The notes below the pieces were generated by a model. It saw only the letters and a list, made by a program, of their open reading frames with translations. It had not been told where the DNA came from and did not search any database. This document shows, in pieces, positions 14,836 to 30,000 of a stretch of DNA of 64,000 bases. Location of the stretch: positions 77,810,001-77,874,000 of the forward strand of contig OZ024744.1 of NCBI GenBank assembly GCA_964016885.1, read 5' to 3'. How positions within the stretch are numbered: position 1 is the first letter of the stretch; each line of letters opens with the position of its first letter. This DNA comes from Eledone cirrhosa. Its lineage: Eukaryota. Made by a program: the position numbers and the translations under genes.

Positions 14836-17800
14836 GTCTGTAGTGAGATATAGTCTGTGGTGAGATATAGTTTGTGGTGAGATATAGTCTGGGGTGAGAT
14901 ATAGTCTGTGGTGAGATATAGTGTGGGGTGAGATATAGTCTGTCGTCAGATATAGTCTGGGGTGTGATATAGTCTGGTCTGAGATATAGTCTGTAGTGAG
15001 ATATAGTCTGGGGTGAGATATAGTCTGGGGTGAGATATAGTCTGGGGTGAGATATAGTCTGTGGTAAGATATAGTCTATGGTGAGATATAGTCTATGGTG
15101 TGATATAGGCTGGAGTGAGATATAGTATGTGGTTAGATATAGTCTGGGGTGAGATGTAGTCTGTGGTGAAATATAGTCTATGGTGAGATATAGTCTGTAG
15201 TGAGATATAGTCTGTGGTGAGATATAGTCTGTGGTGAGATATAGTCTGTGGTAGGATATAGTCTATGGTGAGATATAGTCTGTTGTAAGATATAGTCTGT
15301 GATGAGATATAGTCTGTTGTGAGATATAGTCTGGGGTGAGATATAGTCTGGGGTGAGGTATAGTCTGTGGTAAGATATAGCCTGTGGTGAAATATAGTCT
15401 ATGGTGAGATATAGTCTGGTGTGAGATATAGACTGTAGTGAGATATAGGCTGTGGTGAGATATAATCTGTGGTGAGATATAGTCTGTGGTGAGATATAGT
15501 CTGTGGTGAGATATAGTCTGTGGTGAGATATAGTCTGTAGTGAGATATAGTCTGTAGTGAGATATAGTCTGGGGTGAGATATAGTCTGTGGTGAGATATA
15601 GTCTGTGGTGAGATATAGTCTGGGGTGAGATATACTCTCAGGTGAGATATAGTCTGATGTGAGATAAAGTCTGGCGTGAGATATAGTCTGTGCTGAGATA
15701 TAGTCTGTTGTGAGAGATAGTCTGTGGTGAGATATAGTGTGGGGTGAGATAGAGTCTGTAGTCAGATATAGTCTGGGGTGAGATATAGGGTGTGGTGAGA
15801 TATAGTCTGTAGTGAGATATAGTCTGTGGTGAGATATAGTCTGTGGTGAGATATAGTCTGGGGTGAGATATAGTCTGTCGTGAGATATAGTGTGGGGTGA
15901 GATAGAGTCTGTAGTCAGATATAGACTGGGGTGAGATATAGTCTGTGGTCAGATATAGTCTGTGGTAAGATATAGTCTGTGGTGAGATATAGTCTGGGGT
16001 TAGATATAGTTTGTGGTGAGATATAGTGTGGGGTGAGATATAGTCTGTGGTCAGATATAGTCTGGGGTGAGATATAGTCTATGGTGAGATATAGTCTGTA
16101 GTGAGATATAGTCTGTGGTGAGATATAGTCTGTAGTCAAATATAGTCTGGGGTGAGATATAGTCTGGGGTGAGATATAGTCTGTGGTGAGATATAGTGTG
16201 GGGTGAGATATAGTCTGTAGTCAGATATAATCTGGGGTGGGATATAGTCTATCATGAGATATAGTCTGTAGGGAGATATAGTCTGTGGTGAGATATAGTC
16301 TGTAGTCAAATATAGTCTGGGGTGAGATATAGTCTGGTTTGAGATATAGTCTGTAGTGAGATATAGTCTGTGGTGAGATATAGTGTGGGGTGAGATATAC
16401 TCTGTACTCAGATATAGTCTGGGGTGAGATATAGTCTGGACTGAGATGTAGGCTATAGTGAGATATAGTCTGGGGTGAGATATTGTCTGGGGTCAGATAT
16501 AGTCTGGGGTGAGATATAGTCTGTGGTGAGATATAGTCTATGGTGAGATATAGTCTGTAGTGTGATATAGTCTGTGGTGAGATATAGTCTGTGGTGAGAT
16601 ATAGTCTGGGTTGAGATATAGTCTGTAATGAGATATAGTCTCTGGTGAGATATAGTCTGTGGTAAGATATAGTCTGTGGTGAGATATAGTCTGTGGTGAG
16701 ATATAGTCTCTAGTGAGATATAGTCTGTGGTGAGATATAGTCTGTGGTGAGATATAATATGGGGTGAGGTATAGTCTGTGGTGAGATATAGTGTGCGGTG
16801 AGATATAGTCTGTAGTCAGATATAGTCTGGGGTGAGATATAGTCTGGTCTGAGATATAGACTGTAGTGAGATATAGTCTGGGGTGAGATATAGTCTGGGG
16901 TGAGATATAGTCTGGGGTGAGATATAGTCTGTGGTAAGATATAGTCTATGGTGAGATATAGTCTATGGTGTGATATAGGCTGGAGTGAGATATAGTCTGT
17001 GGTTAGATATAGTCTGGGGTGAGATATAGTCTGTTGTGAAATATAGTCTGTGGTGAGATATAGTCTGTGGTGAGATATAGTCTGTTGTAGGATATAGTCT
17101 ATGGTGAGATATAGTCTATCGTAAGATATAGTCTGTGGTGAGATATAGTCTGTTGTGAGATATAGTGTGTGGTGAGATATAGTCTGGGGTTAGATACAGT
17201 CTGTGGTGAGATATAGTCTGTTGTGAGATATAGCCTGTGGTAAGATATAGTCTATGGTGAGATATAGTCTGGTGTGAGATATAGTCTGTAGTGAGATATA
17301 GGCTGTGGTGAGATATAATCTGTGGTGAGATATAGTCTGTGGTGAGATATAGTCTGTGGTGAGATATAGTCTGTGGTGAGATATAGTCTGTGGTGAGATA
17401 TATTCTGTGGTGAGATATAGTCTGGGGTGAGATATACTCTCAGGTGAGATATAGTCTGATGTGAGCTATAGTCTGGGATGAGATATAGTCTGTGGTGAGA
17501 TATAGTCTGTTGTGAGAGATAGTCTGTGGTGAGATATAGTCTGTGGTTAGATATAGTCTTTGGTGAGATATAGTCTGTCGTGAGATATAGTCTGTGGTGA
17601 GATATAGTCTGTGGTGAGATATAATCTGTGGTGAGATATAGTCTGTAGTGAGATATAGTCTGTAGTGAGATATAGTCTGGGGTGAGATATAGTCTGGGGT
17701 GAGATATAGTCTGTGGTGAGATATAGTCTATGGTGTGATATAGTCTGTGGTTATATATAGTCTGGGGTGAGATATAGTCTGTGGTGAGATATAGTGTGGG

Positions 17801-20800
17801 GTGAGATAGAGTCTGTAGTCAGATATAGTCTGGGTTGAGATATAGTGTGTGGTGTGATATAGTCTGTAGTGAGATATAGTCTTTGGTGAGATATAGTCTG
17901 TGGTGAGATATAGTCTGGGGTGAGATATAGTCTGTCGTGAGATATAGTGTGGGGTGAGATATAGTCTGTAGTCAGATATAGTCTGGGGTGGGATACAGTC
18001 TATCGTGAGATATAGTCTGTAGGGAGATATAGTCTGTGGTGAGATATAGTCTGTACTCAGATATAGTCTGGGGTGAGATATAGTCTGGACTGAGATATAG
18101 GCTATAGTGAGATATAGTCTGGGGTGAGATATTGTCTGGGGTGAGATATAGTCTGTGGTGAGATATAGTCTGTGGTGAGATATAGTCTGGGGTGAGATAT
18201 AGTCTGTAATGAGATATAGTCTGTGGTGAGATATAGTCTGTGCAAAGATATAGTCTGTGGTGAGATATAGTCTGTGGTGAGATATAGTCTGGGGTGAGAT
18301 ATAGTCTGTAATGAGATATAGTCTGTGGTGAGATATAGTCTGTGCTAAGATATATTCTGTAGTGAGATATAGTCTGGGGTGAGATATAGTTTCTGGTGAG
18401 ATATAGTCTGTGATGAGATATAGTCTGAGGTGAGATATAGTCTGTAGTGAGATATAGTCTGTGGTGAGATATAGTCTGGGGTGAGATATAGTCTGTGGTG
18501 AGATATAGTGTAGGGTGAGATATAGTCTGTAGTCAGATATAGTCTGTGGTGAGATATAGTCTGTCGTAGGATATAGTCTATGGTGAGATATAGTCTATTG
18601 TAAGATATAGTCTGTGGTGAGATATAGTCTGTTGTGAGATATAGTGTGTGATGAGGTATAGTCTGTGGTGAGATATAGTCTGTAGTGTGATATAGTATGT
18701 GGTGAGATATAGTCTGTGGTGAGATATAGTCTGGGGTGAGATATAGTCTGTAATGAGATATAGTCTGTGGTGAGATATAGTCTGTGGTAAGATATAGTCT
18801 GTGGAGAGATATAGTCTGTGGTGAGATATATTCTGTAGTGAGATATAGTCTGTGGTGAGATATAGTCTGTGACGAGATATAGTCTGTGGTAAGATATAGT
18901 CTGTGGAGAGATATAGTCTGTGGTGAGATATATTCTGTAGTGAGATATAGTGTGGGGTGAGATATAGTCTGGGGTGAGATATAGTCTCTGGTGAGATATA
19001 GTCTGTGGTGAGATATAGTCTGTGGTAAGATATAGTCTGTGGAGAGATATAGTCTGTGGTGAGATATAGTCTGTAGTGAGATATAGTCTGTAGTGAGATA
19101 TAGTCTGGGGTGAGATATAATCTCTGGTGAGATATAGTCTGTGATGAGATATAGTCTGTGGTGAGATATAGTATGTAGTGAGATATAGTATGTGGTGAGA
19201 TATAGTCTGTGGTGAGATATAGTCTGTGGTGAGATATAGTCTGGGGTGAGATATAGTCTGGGGTTTGATATAGTTTGTGGTGAGATATAATCTGGGGTGA
19301 GATATAGTCTGTAGTGAGATATAGTCTATGGAGAGATATAGTGTGTGCTGAGATATAGTCTGTTGTGAGATATAGTCTATGGTGAGATATAGTCTGGGGT
19401 GAAATATAGTCTGTGGTGAGATATAGTCTGGGGTGAGATATAGTCTGTAGTGAGATATAGTCTGTAGTGAGATATATTCTGTGGTAGGATATAGTCTGTG
19501 GTGAGATAGCGTCTGTGGTGAGATATAGTCTGTGGTGAGATATAGGCTGTGGTGAGATATAGTCTGTCGTGAGATACATTCTATGGTGACATATAGTCTG
19601 TGCTGAGATATAATCTGGGGTGTTATATAGTCTAGGGTCAGATATAGTCTGGGGTGAGATATAGTCTGTGGTGAGATATAGTCTGTGGTGAGATATAGTC
19701 TGGGGTGAGATATAGTCTGTGGTGAGATATAGTGTGGGGTGAGATAGAGTCTGTAGTCAAATATAGTCTGGGGTGAGATATAGTCTGTGGTGAGATATAG
19801 TCTGTGGTGAGATATAGTCTGGGCTGCGCTATATTCTGTCGTGAGATATAGTGTGGGGTGAGATATAGTCTGTAGCCAGATATAGTCTGGGGTGGGATAT
19901 AGTCTATCGTGAGATATAGTCTGTAGGGGGATATAGTCTATGGTGAGATATAGTCTGTAGTCAAATATAGTCTGGGTGAGATATAGTCTGGGGTGAGATA
20001 TAGTCTGTAGTGAGATATAGTCTGTGGTGAGATATAGTGTGGGGTGAGATATAGTCTGTACTCAGATATAGTCTGGGGTGAGATATAGTCTGGACTGAGA
20101 TATAGGCTATAGTGAGATATAGTCTGGGGTGAGGTAATGTCTGGGGTGAGATATAGTCTGTCGTGAGATATAGTCTGTGGTGAGATATAGTCTGTAATGA
20201 GATATAGTTTGTGGTGAGATATAGTCTGTGGTAAGATATAGTCTGTGGTGAGATATAGTCTGTGGTGAGATATAGTCTGTAGTGAGATATAGTCTGTGGT
20301 GAGATATAGTTTGTGGTGAGATATAGTCTGGGGTGAGATATAGTCTGTGGTGAGATATAGTGTGGGGTGAGATATAGTCTGTCGTCAGATATAGTCTGGG
20401 GTGTGATATAGTCTGGTCTGAGATATAGTCTGTAGTGAGATATAGTCTGGGGTGAGATATAGTCTGGGGTGAGATATAGTCTGGGGTGAGATATAGTCTG
20501 TGGTAAGATATAGTCTATGGTGAGATATAGTCTATGGTGTGATATAGGCTGGAGTGAGATATAGTATGTGGTTAGATATAGTCTGGGGTGAGATGTAGTC
20601 TGTGGTGAAATATAGTCTATGGTGAGATATAGTCTGTAGTGAGATATAGTCTGTGGTGAGATATAGTCTGTGGTGAGATATAGTCTGTGGTAGGATATAG
20701 TCTATGGTGAGATATAGTCTGTTGTAAGATATAGTCTGTGATGAGATATAGTCTGTTGTGAGATATAGTCTGGGGTGAGATATAGTCTGGGGTGAGGTAT

Positions 20801-23800
20801 AGTCTGTGGTAAGATATAGCCTGTGGTGAAATATAGTCTATGGTGAGATATAGTCTGGTGTGAGATATAGACTGTAGTGAGATATAGGCTGTGGTGAGAT
20901 ATAATCTGTGGTGAGATATAGTCTGTGGTGAGATATAGTCTGTGGTGAGATATAGTCTGTGGTGAGATATAGTCTGTAGTGAGATATAGTCTGTAGTGAG
21001 ATATAGTCTGGGGTGAGATATAGTCTGTGGTGAGATATAGTCTGTGGTGAGATATAGTCTGGGGTGAGATATACTCTCAGGTGAGATATAGTCTGATGTG
21101 AGATAAAGTCTGGCGTGAGATATAGTCTGTGCTGAGATATAGTCTGTTGTGAGAGATAGTCTGTGGTGAGATATAGTGTGGGGTGAGATAGAGTCTGTAG
21201 TCAGATATAGTCTGGGGTGAGATATAGGGTGTGGTGAGATATAGTCTGTAGTGAGATATAGTCTGTGGTGAGATATAGTCTGTGGTGAGATATAGTCTGG
21301 GGTGAGATATAGTCTGTCGTGAGATATAGTGTGGGGTGAGATAGAGTCTGTAGTCAGATATAGACTGGGGTGAGATATAGTCTGTGGTCAGATATAGTCT
21401 GTGGTAAGATATAGTCTGTGGTGAGATATAGTCTGGGGTTAGATATAGTTTGTGGTGAGATATAGTGTGGGGTGAGATATAGTCTGTGGTCAGATATAGT
21501 CTGGGGTGAGATATAGTCTATGGTGAGATATAGTCTGTAGTGAGATATAGTCTGTGGTGAGATATAGTCTGTAGTCAAATATAGTCTGGGGTGAGATATA
21601 GTCTGGGGTGAGATATAGTCTGTGGTGAGATATAGTGTGGGGTGAGATATAGTCTGTAGTCAGATATAATCTGGGGTGGGATATAGTCTATCATGAGATA
21701 TAGTCTGTAGGGAGATATAGTCTGTGGTGAGATATAGTCTGTAGTCAAATATAGTCTGGGGTGAGATATAGTCTGGTTTGAGATATAGTCTGTAGTGAGA
21801 TATAGTCTGTGGTGAGATATAGTGTGGGGTGAGATATACTCTGTACTCAGATATAGTCTGGGGTGAGATATAGTCTGGACTGAGATGTAGGCTATAGTGA
21901 GATATAGTCTGGGGTGAGATATTGTCTGGGGTCAGATATAGTCTGGGGTGAGATATAGTCTGTGGTGAGATATAGTCTATGGTGAGATATAGTCTGTAGT
22001 GTGATATAGTCTGTGGTGAGATATAGTCTGTGGTGAGATATAGTCTGGGTTGAGATATAGTCTGTAATGAGATATAGTCTCTGGTGAGATATAGTCTGTG
22101 GTAAGATATAGTCTGTGGTGAGATATAGTCTGTGGTGAGATATAGTCTCTAGTGAGATATAGTCTGTGGTGAGATATAGTCTGTGGTGAGATATAATATG
22201 GGGTGAGGTATAGTCTGTGGTGAGATATAGTGTGCGGTGAGATATAGTCTGTAGTCAGATATAGTCTGGGGTGAGATATAGTCTGGTCTGAGATATAGAC
22301 TGTAGTGAGATATAGTCTGGGGTGAGATATAGTCTGGGGTGAGATATAGTCTGGGGTGAGATATAGTCTGTGGTAAGATATAGTCTATGGTGAGATATAG
22401 TCTATGGTGTGATATAGGCTGGAGTGAGATATAGTCTGTGGTTAGATATAGTCTGGGGTGAGATATAGTCTGTTGTGAAATATAGTCTGTGGTGAGATAT
22501 AGTCTGTGGTGAGATATAGTCTGTTGTAGGATATAGTCTATGGTGAGATATAGTCTATCGTAAGATATAGTCTGTGGTGAGATATAGTCTGTTGTGAGAT
22601 ATAGTGTGTGGTGAGATATAGTCTGGGGTTAGATACAGTCTGTGGTGAGATATAGTCTGTTGTGAGATATAGCCTGTGGTAAGATATAGTCTATGGTGAG
22701 ATATAGTCTGGTGTGAGATATAGTCTGTAGTGAGATATAGGCTGTGGTGAGATATAATCTGTGGTGAGATATAGTCTGTGGTGAGATATAGTCTGTGGTG
22801 AGATATAGTCTGTGGTGAGATATAGTCTGTGGTGAGATATATTCTGTGGTGAGATATAGTCTGGGGTGAGATATACTCTCAGGTGAGATATAGTCTGATG
22901 TGAGCTATAGTCTGGGATGAGATATAGTCTGTGGTGAGATATAGTCTGTTGTGAGAGATAGTCTGTGGTGAGATATAGTCTGTGGTTAGATATAGTCTTT
23001 GGTGAGATATAGTCTGTCGTGAGATATAGTCTGTGGTGAGATATAGTCTGTGGTGAGATATAATCTGTGGTGAGATATAGTCTGTAGTGAGATATAGTCT
23101 GTAGTGAGATATAGTCTGGGGTGAGATATAGTCTGGGGTGAGATATAGTCTGTGGTGAGATATAGTCTATGGTGTGATATAGTCTGTGGTTATATATAGT
23201 CTGGGGTGAGATATAGTCTGTGGTGAGATATAGTGTGGGGTGAGATAGAGTCTGTAGTCAGATATAGTCTGGGTTGAGATATAGTGTGTGGTGTGATATA
23301 GTCTGTAGTGAGATATAGTCTTTGGTGAGATATAGTCTGTGGTGAGATATAGTCTGGGGTGAGATATAGTCTGTCGTGAGATATAGTGTGGGGTGAGATA
23401 TAGTCTGTAGTCAGATATAGTCTGGGGTGGGATACAGTCTATCGTGAGATATAGTCTGTAGGGAGATATAGTCTGTGGTGAGATATAGTCTGTACTCAGA
23501 TATAGTCTGGGGTGAGATATAGTCTGGACTGAGATATAGGCTATAGTGAGATATAGTCTGGGGTGAGATATTGTCTGGGGTGAGATATAGTCTGTGGTGA
23601 GATATAGTCTGTGGTGAGATATAGTCTGGGGTGAGATATAGTCTGTAATGAGATATAGTCTGTGGTGAGATATAGTCTGTGCAAAGATATAGTCTGTGGT
23701 GAGATATAGTCTGTGGTGAGATATAGTCTGGGGTGAGATATAGTCTGTAATGAGATATAGTCTGTGGTGAGATATAGTCTGTGCTAAGATATATTCTGTA

Positions 23801-24089
23801 GTGAGATATAGTCTGGGGTGAGATATAGTTTCTGGTGAGATATAGTCTGTGATGAGATATAGTCTGAGGTGAGATATAGTCTGTAGTGAGATATAGTCTG
23901 TGGTGAGATATAGTCTGGGGTGAGATATAGTCTGTGGTGAGATATAGTGTAGGGTGAGATATAGTCTGTAGTCAGATATAGTCTGTGGTGAGATATAGTC
24001 TGTCGTAGGATATAGTCTATGGTGAGATATAGTCTATTGTAAGATATAGTCTGTGGTGAGATATAGTCTGTTGTGAGATATAGTGTGTG
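13195..24089. repeat. 5,439-bp (320-monomer) tandem duplication, copies at ~13195-18640 and ~18640-24089
   Basis: atagtgtgtgatgaggtat occurs at 13202/18641, ORFs at 15915/21354 and ORF ends at 14140/19579. 5439 = 320x17 - 1, matching one 16-bp monomer at ~14533. Confidence 0.9.
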
Positions 24090-27000
24090 GTCAGATATAG
24101 TCTGGTGTGAGATATAGTCTGGGGTGAGATATAGTCTGTAATGAGATATAGTCTGTGGTGAGATATAGTGTGTGATGAGATATAGTCTGTAGTGAGATAT
24201 AGTCTGGGGTGAGATATAATCTGTGGTGTGATATGGTCTATGGTCAGATATAGTCTGTGGTGAGATATAGGCTGTAGTGAGATATAGTCTGTAGTGAGAT
24301 ATAGTCTGTTGTGAGATATAGTCTGTGGTGAGATATAGTCTGGGGTTAGATATAGTCTGTGGTGAGATATAGTCTGTTGTGAGATATAGCCTGTGGTGAG
24401 ATATAGTCTATGGTGAGATATAGTCTGGTGTGAGATATAGACTGTAGTGAGATATAGGCTGTGGTGAGATATAATCTGTGGTGAGATATAGTCTGTGGTG
24501 AGATATAGTCTGTGGTGAGATATAGTCTGTGGTGAGATATAGTCTGTAGTGAGATATAGTCTGTAGAGAGATATAGTCTGGGGTGAGATATAGTCTGTGG
24601 TGAGATATAGTCTGTGGTGAGATATAGTCTGTGGTGAGATATAGTCTGGGGTGAGATATACTCTCAGGTGAGATATAGTCTGATGTGAGATATAGTCTGG
24701 GGTGAGATATAGTCTGTGGTGAGATATAGTGTGGGGTGAGATAGAGTCTGTAGTCAGATATAGTCTGGGGTGAGATATAGTGTGTGGTGAGATATAGTCT
24801 GTAGTGAGATATAGTCTGTGGTGAGATATAGTCTGTGGTGAGATATAGTCTGGGGTGAGATATAGTCTGTCGTGAGATATAGTGTGGGGTGCGATAGAGT
24901 CTGTAGTCAGATATGGTCTGGGGTGAGATATAGCCTGTGGTCAGATATAGTCTGTGGTAAGATATAGTCTGTGGTGAGATATAGTCTGGGGTTAGATATA
25001 GTCTGTGGTGAGATATAGTGTGGGGTGAGATATAGTCTGTAGTCAGATAAAGTCTGGGGTGAGATATAGTCTGGGGTGAGATATAGTCTGGGGTGAGATA
25101 TAGTCTGTGGTGAGATATAGTCTGTGGTGAGATATAGTCTGGGTTGAGATATAGTCTGTAATGAGATATAGTCTCTGGTGAGATATAGTCTGTGGTAAGA
25201 TATAGTCTGTGGTGAGATATAGTCTGTGGTGAAATATAGTCTGTAGTGAGATATAGTCTGTGGTGAGATATAGTCTGTGGTGAGATATAGTGTGGGGTGA
25301 GATATAGTGTGTAGTCAGATATAGTCTGGGGTGAGATATAGTCTGGTCTGAGATATAGTCTGTAGTGAGATATAGTCTGGGGTGAGATATAGTCTGGGGT
25401 GAGATATAGTCTGGGGTGAGATATAGTCTGTGGTAAGGTATAGTCTATGGTGAGATATAGTCTATGGTGTGATATAGGCTGGAGTGAGATATAATCTGTG
25501 GTTAGATATAGTCTGGGGTGAGATATAGTCTGTTGTGAAATATAGTCTATGGTGAGATATAGTCTGTAGTGAGATATAGTCTGTGGTGAGATATAGTCTG
25601 TTGTAGGATATAGTCTATGGTGAGATATAGTCTGTTGTAAGATATAGTCTGTGGTGAGACATAGTCTGTTGTGAGATATAGTGTGTGGTGAGATATAGTC
25701 TGTCGTGAGATATAGTCTGTTGTGAGATATAGCCTGTGGTGAGATATAGTCTATGGTGAGATATAGTCTGGTGTGAGATATAGTCTGTAGTGAGATATAG
25801 GCTGTGGTGAGATATAATCTGTGGTGAGATATACTGTGTGGTGAGATATAGTCTGTGGTGAGATATAGTCTGTGGTGAGATATAGTCTGTAGTGAGATAT
25901 AGTCTGTAGTGAGATATAGTCTGGGGTGAGATATAGTCTGTGGTGAGATATAGTCTGTGGTGAGATATAGTCTGTGGTGAGATATAGTCTGGGGTGAGAT
26001 ATACTCTCAGGTGAGATATAGTCTGATATGAGATATAGTCTGGGATGAGATATAGTCTGTGGTGAGATATAGTCTGTTGTGAGAGATAGTCTGTGGTGAG
26101 ATATAGTCTGTGGTTAGATATAGGCTTTGGTGAGATATAGTCTGTGGTGAGATATAGTCTGTGGTGAGATATAGTCTGTGGTGATATATAATCTGTGGTG
26201 AGATATAGTCTGTAGTGAGATATAGTCTGTAGTGAGATATAGTCTGGGGTGAGATATAGTCTGGGGTTTGATATAGTCTGTGGTGAGATATAGTCTGGGG
26301 TGAGATATAGTCTGTGGTGAGATATAGTCTATGGTGTGATATAGTCTGTGGTTATATATAGTCTTGGGTGAGATATAGTCTGTGGTGAGATATAGTGTGG
26401 GGTGAGATAGAGTCTGTAGTCAGATATAGTCTGGGGTGAGATATAGTGTGTGGTGAGATATAGTCTGTAGTGAGATATAGTCTGTGGTGAGATATAGTCT
26501 GTGGTGAGATATAGTCCGGGGTGAGATATAGTCTGTCGTGAGATATAGTGTGGGGTGAGATATAGTCATTAGTCAGATATTATCTGGGGTGGGATACAGT
26601 CTATCGTGAGATATAGTCTGTAGGGAGATATAGTCTGTGGTGAGATATAGTCTGTACTCAGATATAGTCTGGGGTGAGATATAGTCTGGACTGAGATATA
26701 GGCTATAGTGAGATATAGTCTGGGGTGAGATATTGTCTGGGGTGAGATATAGTCTGGGGTGAGATATAGTCTGTGGTGAGATATAGTCTATGGTGAGATA
26801 TATTCTGTAGTGTGATATAGTCTGTGGTGAGATATAGTCTGTGGTGAGATATAGTCTGGGGTGAGATATAGTCTGTAATGAGATATAGTCTGTGGTGAGA
26901 TATAGTCTGTGGTAGGATATAGTCTATGGTGAGATATAGTCTATTGTAAGATATAGTCTGTGGTGAGATATAGTCTGTTGTGAGATATAGTGTGTGGTCA

Positions 27001-30000
27001 GATATAGTCTGGTGTGAGATATAGTCTGGGGTGAGATATAGTCTGTAATGAGATATAGTCTGTGGTGAGATATAGTCTGTGGTGAGATATAGTCTGGGGT
27101 GAGATATACTCTCAGGTGAGATATAGTCTGATATGAGATAGAGTCTGGGATGAGATATAGTCTGTGGTGAGATATAGTCTGTTGTGAGAGATAGTCTGTG
27201 GTGAGATATAGTCTATGGTGTGATATAGTCTGTGGTTATATATAGTCTGGGGTGAGATATAGTCTGTGGTGAGATATAGTGTGGGGTGAGATAGAGTCTG
27301 TAGTCAGATATAGTCTGGGGTGAGATATAGTGTGTGGTGAGATATAGTCTGTAGTGAGATATAGTCTGTGGTGAGATATAGTCTGTGGTGAGATATAGTC
27401 TGGGGTGAGATATAGTCTGTCGTGAGATATAGTGTGGGGTGAGATATAGTCTGTAGTCAGATATAGTCTGGGGTGGGATACAGTCTATCGTGAGATATAG
27501 TCTGTAGGGAGATATAGTCTGTGGTGAGATATAGTCTGTACTCAGCTATAGTCTGGGGTGAGATATAGTCTGGACTGAGATATAGTCTGTGGTGAGATAT
27601 AGTCTATGATGAGATATAGTCTGTAGTGTTATATAGTCTGTGGTGAGATATAGTCTGTGGTGAGATATAGTCTGGGGTGAGATATAGTCTGTAATGAGAT
27701 ATAGTCTGTGGTGAGATATAGTCTGTGCTAAGATATATTCTGTAGTGAGATATAGTCTGGGGTGAGATATAGTTTCTGGTGAGATATAGTCTGTGATGAG
27801 ATATAGTCTGAGGTGAGATATAGTCTGTAGTCAGATATAGTCTGTGGTGAGATATAGTCTGTGGTAGGATATAGTCTATGGTGAGATATAGTCTATTGTA
27901 AGATATAGTCTGTTGTGAGATATAGTGTGTGGTCAGATATAGTCTGGTGTGAGATATAGTCTGGGGTGAGATATAGTCTGTGATGAGATATAGTCTGTGG
28001 TGAGATATAGTCTGTTGTGAGATATAGTCTGTGGTAAGATATAGTCTGTGATGAGATATAGTCTGTAGTGAGATATAGTCTGGGGTGAGATATAATCTGT
28101 GGTGTGATATGGTCTATGGTCAGATATAGTCTGTGGTGAGATATAGTCTGTGGTGAGATATAGTCTGTAGTGAGATATAGTCTATGGTGAGATATAGTCT
28201 GTAGTGAGATATAGATTGGGCCAGATATAGTCTGTGGTGATATATAGTCTGTGGTGAGATATAGTCCGGGGTGAGATATAGTCTGGGGTGAGATATACTC
28301 TCAGGTGAGATATACTCTGATGTGAGATATAGTCTGGGGTGAGATATAGTCTGTGGTGAGATATAGTCTGTTGTGAGATATAGTCTGTGGTGAGATATAG
28401 TCTGTGGTTAGATGTAGTCTGTGGTGAGATATAGTCTGTGGTGAGATATAATCTGTGGTGAGATATAGTCTGTAGTGAGATATAGTCTGTAGTGAGATAT
28501 AGTCTGGGGTGAGATATAGTCTGGGGTTTGATATAGTATGTGGTGAGATATAGTCTGGGCTTAGATATAGTCTGTGGTGAGATATAGTCTATGGTGAGAT
28601 ATAGTCTATGGTGATATATAGTCTGGGGTGAGATATAGTCTGTGGTGAGATATAGTGTGGGGTGAGATAGAGTCTGTAGTCAGATATGCTCTGGGGTGAG
28701 ATATAGTGTGTGGTGGGATATAGTCTGTAGTGAGATATAGTCTGTGGTGAGATATAGTCTGGAGTGAGATATAGTCTGTGGTGAGAGATAGTCTGTAGTC
28801 ATATATAGTCTGGTGTGGGATATAGTCTGGTGTGGGATATAGTCTATGGTGAGATATAGTCTGTAGTGAGATATAGTCTGGGGTGAGATATAGTCTGTGG
28901 TGAGAAATAGTCTGTAGTCAGATATAGTTTGGGGTGAGATATTTTCTGTGGTGAGATATAGTCTGTGGTAGGATATAGTCTGTTGTGAGATATAGTGTGT
29001 GGTCAGATATAGTCTGGTGTGAGATATAGTCTGGGGTGAGATATAGTCTGTAATGAGATATAGTCTGTGGTGAGATATAGTCTGTAGTCAAATATAGTCT
29101 GGGGTAAGATATAGTCTGGGGTGAGATATAGTCTGTAGTGAGATATAGTCTGCGGTGAGATATTGTCTGTGGTGTGATATATTCTGGGGTGAGATATAGT
29201 GTGTGATGAGGTATAGTCTGTGGTGAGATATAGTCTGTAGTGTGATATAGTATGTGGTGAGATATAGTCTGTGGTGAGATATAGTCTGGGGTGAGATATA
29301 GTCTGTAATGAGATATAGTCTGTGGTGAGATATAGTCTGTGGTAAGATATAGTCTGTGGAGAGATATAGTCTGTGGTGAGATATATTCTGTAGTGAGATA
29401 TAGTCTGTGGTGAGATATAGTCTGTGACGAGATATAGTCTGTGGTAAGATATAGTCTGTGGAGAGATATAGTCTGTGGTGAGATATATTCTGTAGTGAGA
29501 TATAGTGTGGGGTGAGATATAGTCTGGGGTGAGATATAGTCTCTGGTGAGATATAGTCTGTGGTGAGATATAGTCTGTGGTAAGATATAGTCTGTGGAGA
29601 GATATAGTCTGTGGTGAGATATAGTCTGTAGTGAGATATAGTCTGTAGTGAGATATAGTCTGGGGTGAGATATAATCTCTGGTGAGATATAGTCTGTGAT
29701 GAGATATAGTCTGTGGTGAGATATAGTATGTAGTGAGATATAGTATGTGGTGAGATATAGTCTGTGGTGAGATATAGTCTGTGGTGAGATATAGTCTGGG
29801 GTGAGATATAGTCTGGGGTTTGATATAGTTTGTGGTGAGATATAATCTGGGGTGAGATATAGTCTGTAGTGAGATATAGTCTATGGAGAGATATAGTGTG
29901 TGCTGAGATATAGTCTGTTGTGAGATATAGTCTATGGTGAGATATAGTCTGGGGTGAAATATAGTCTGTGGTGAGATATAGTCTGGGGTGAGATATAGTC

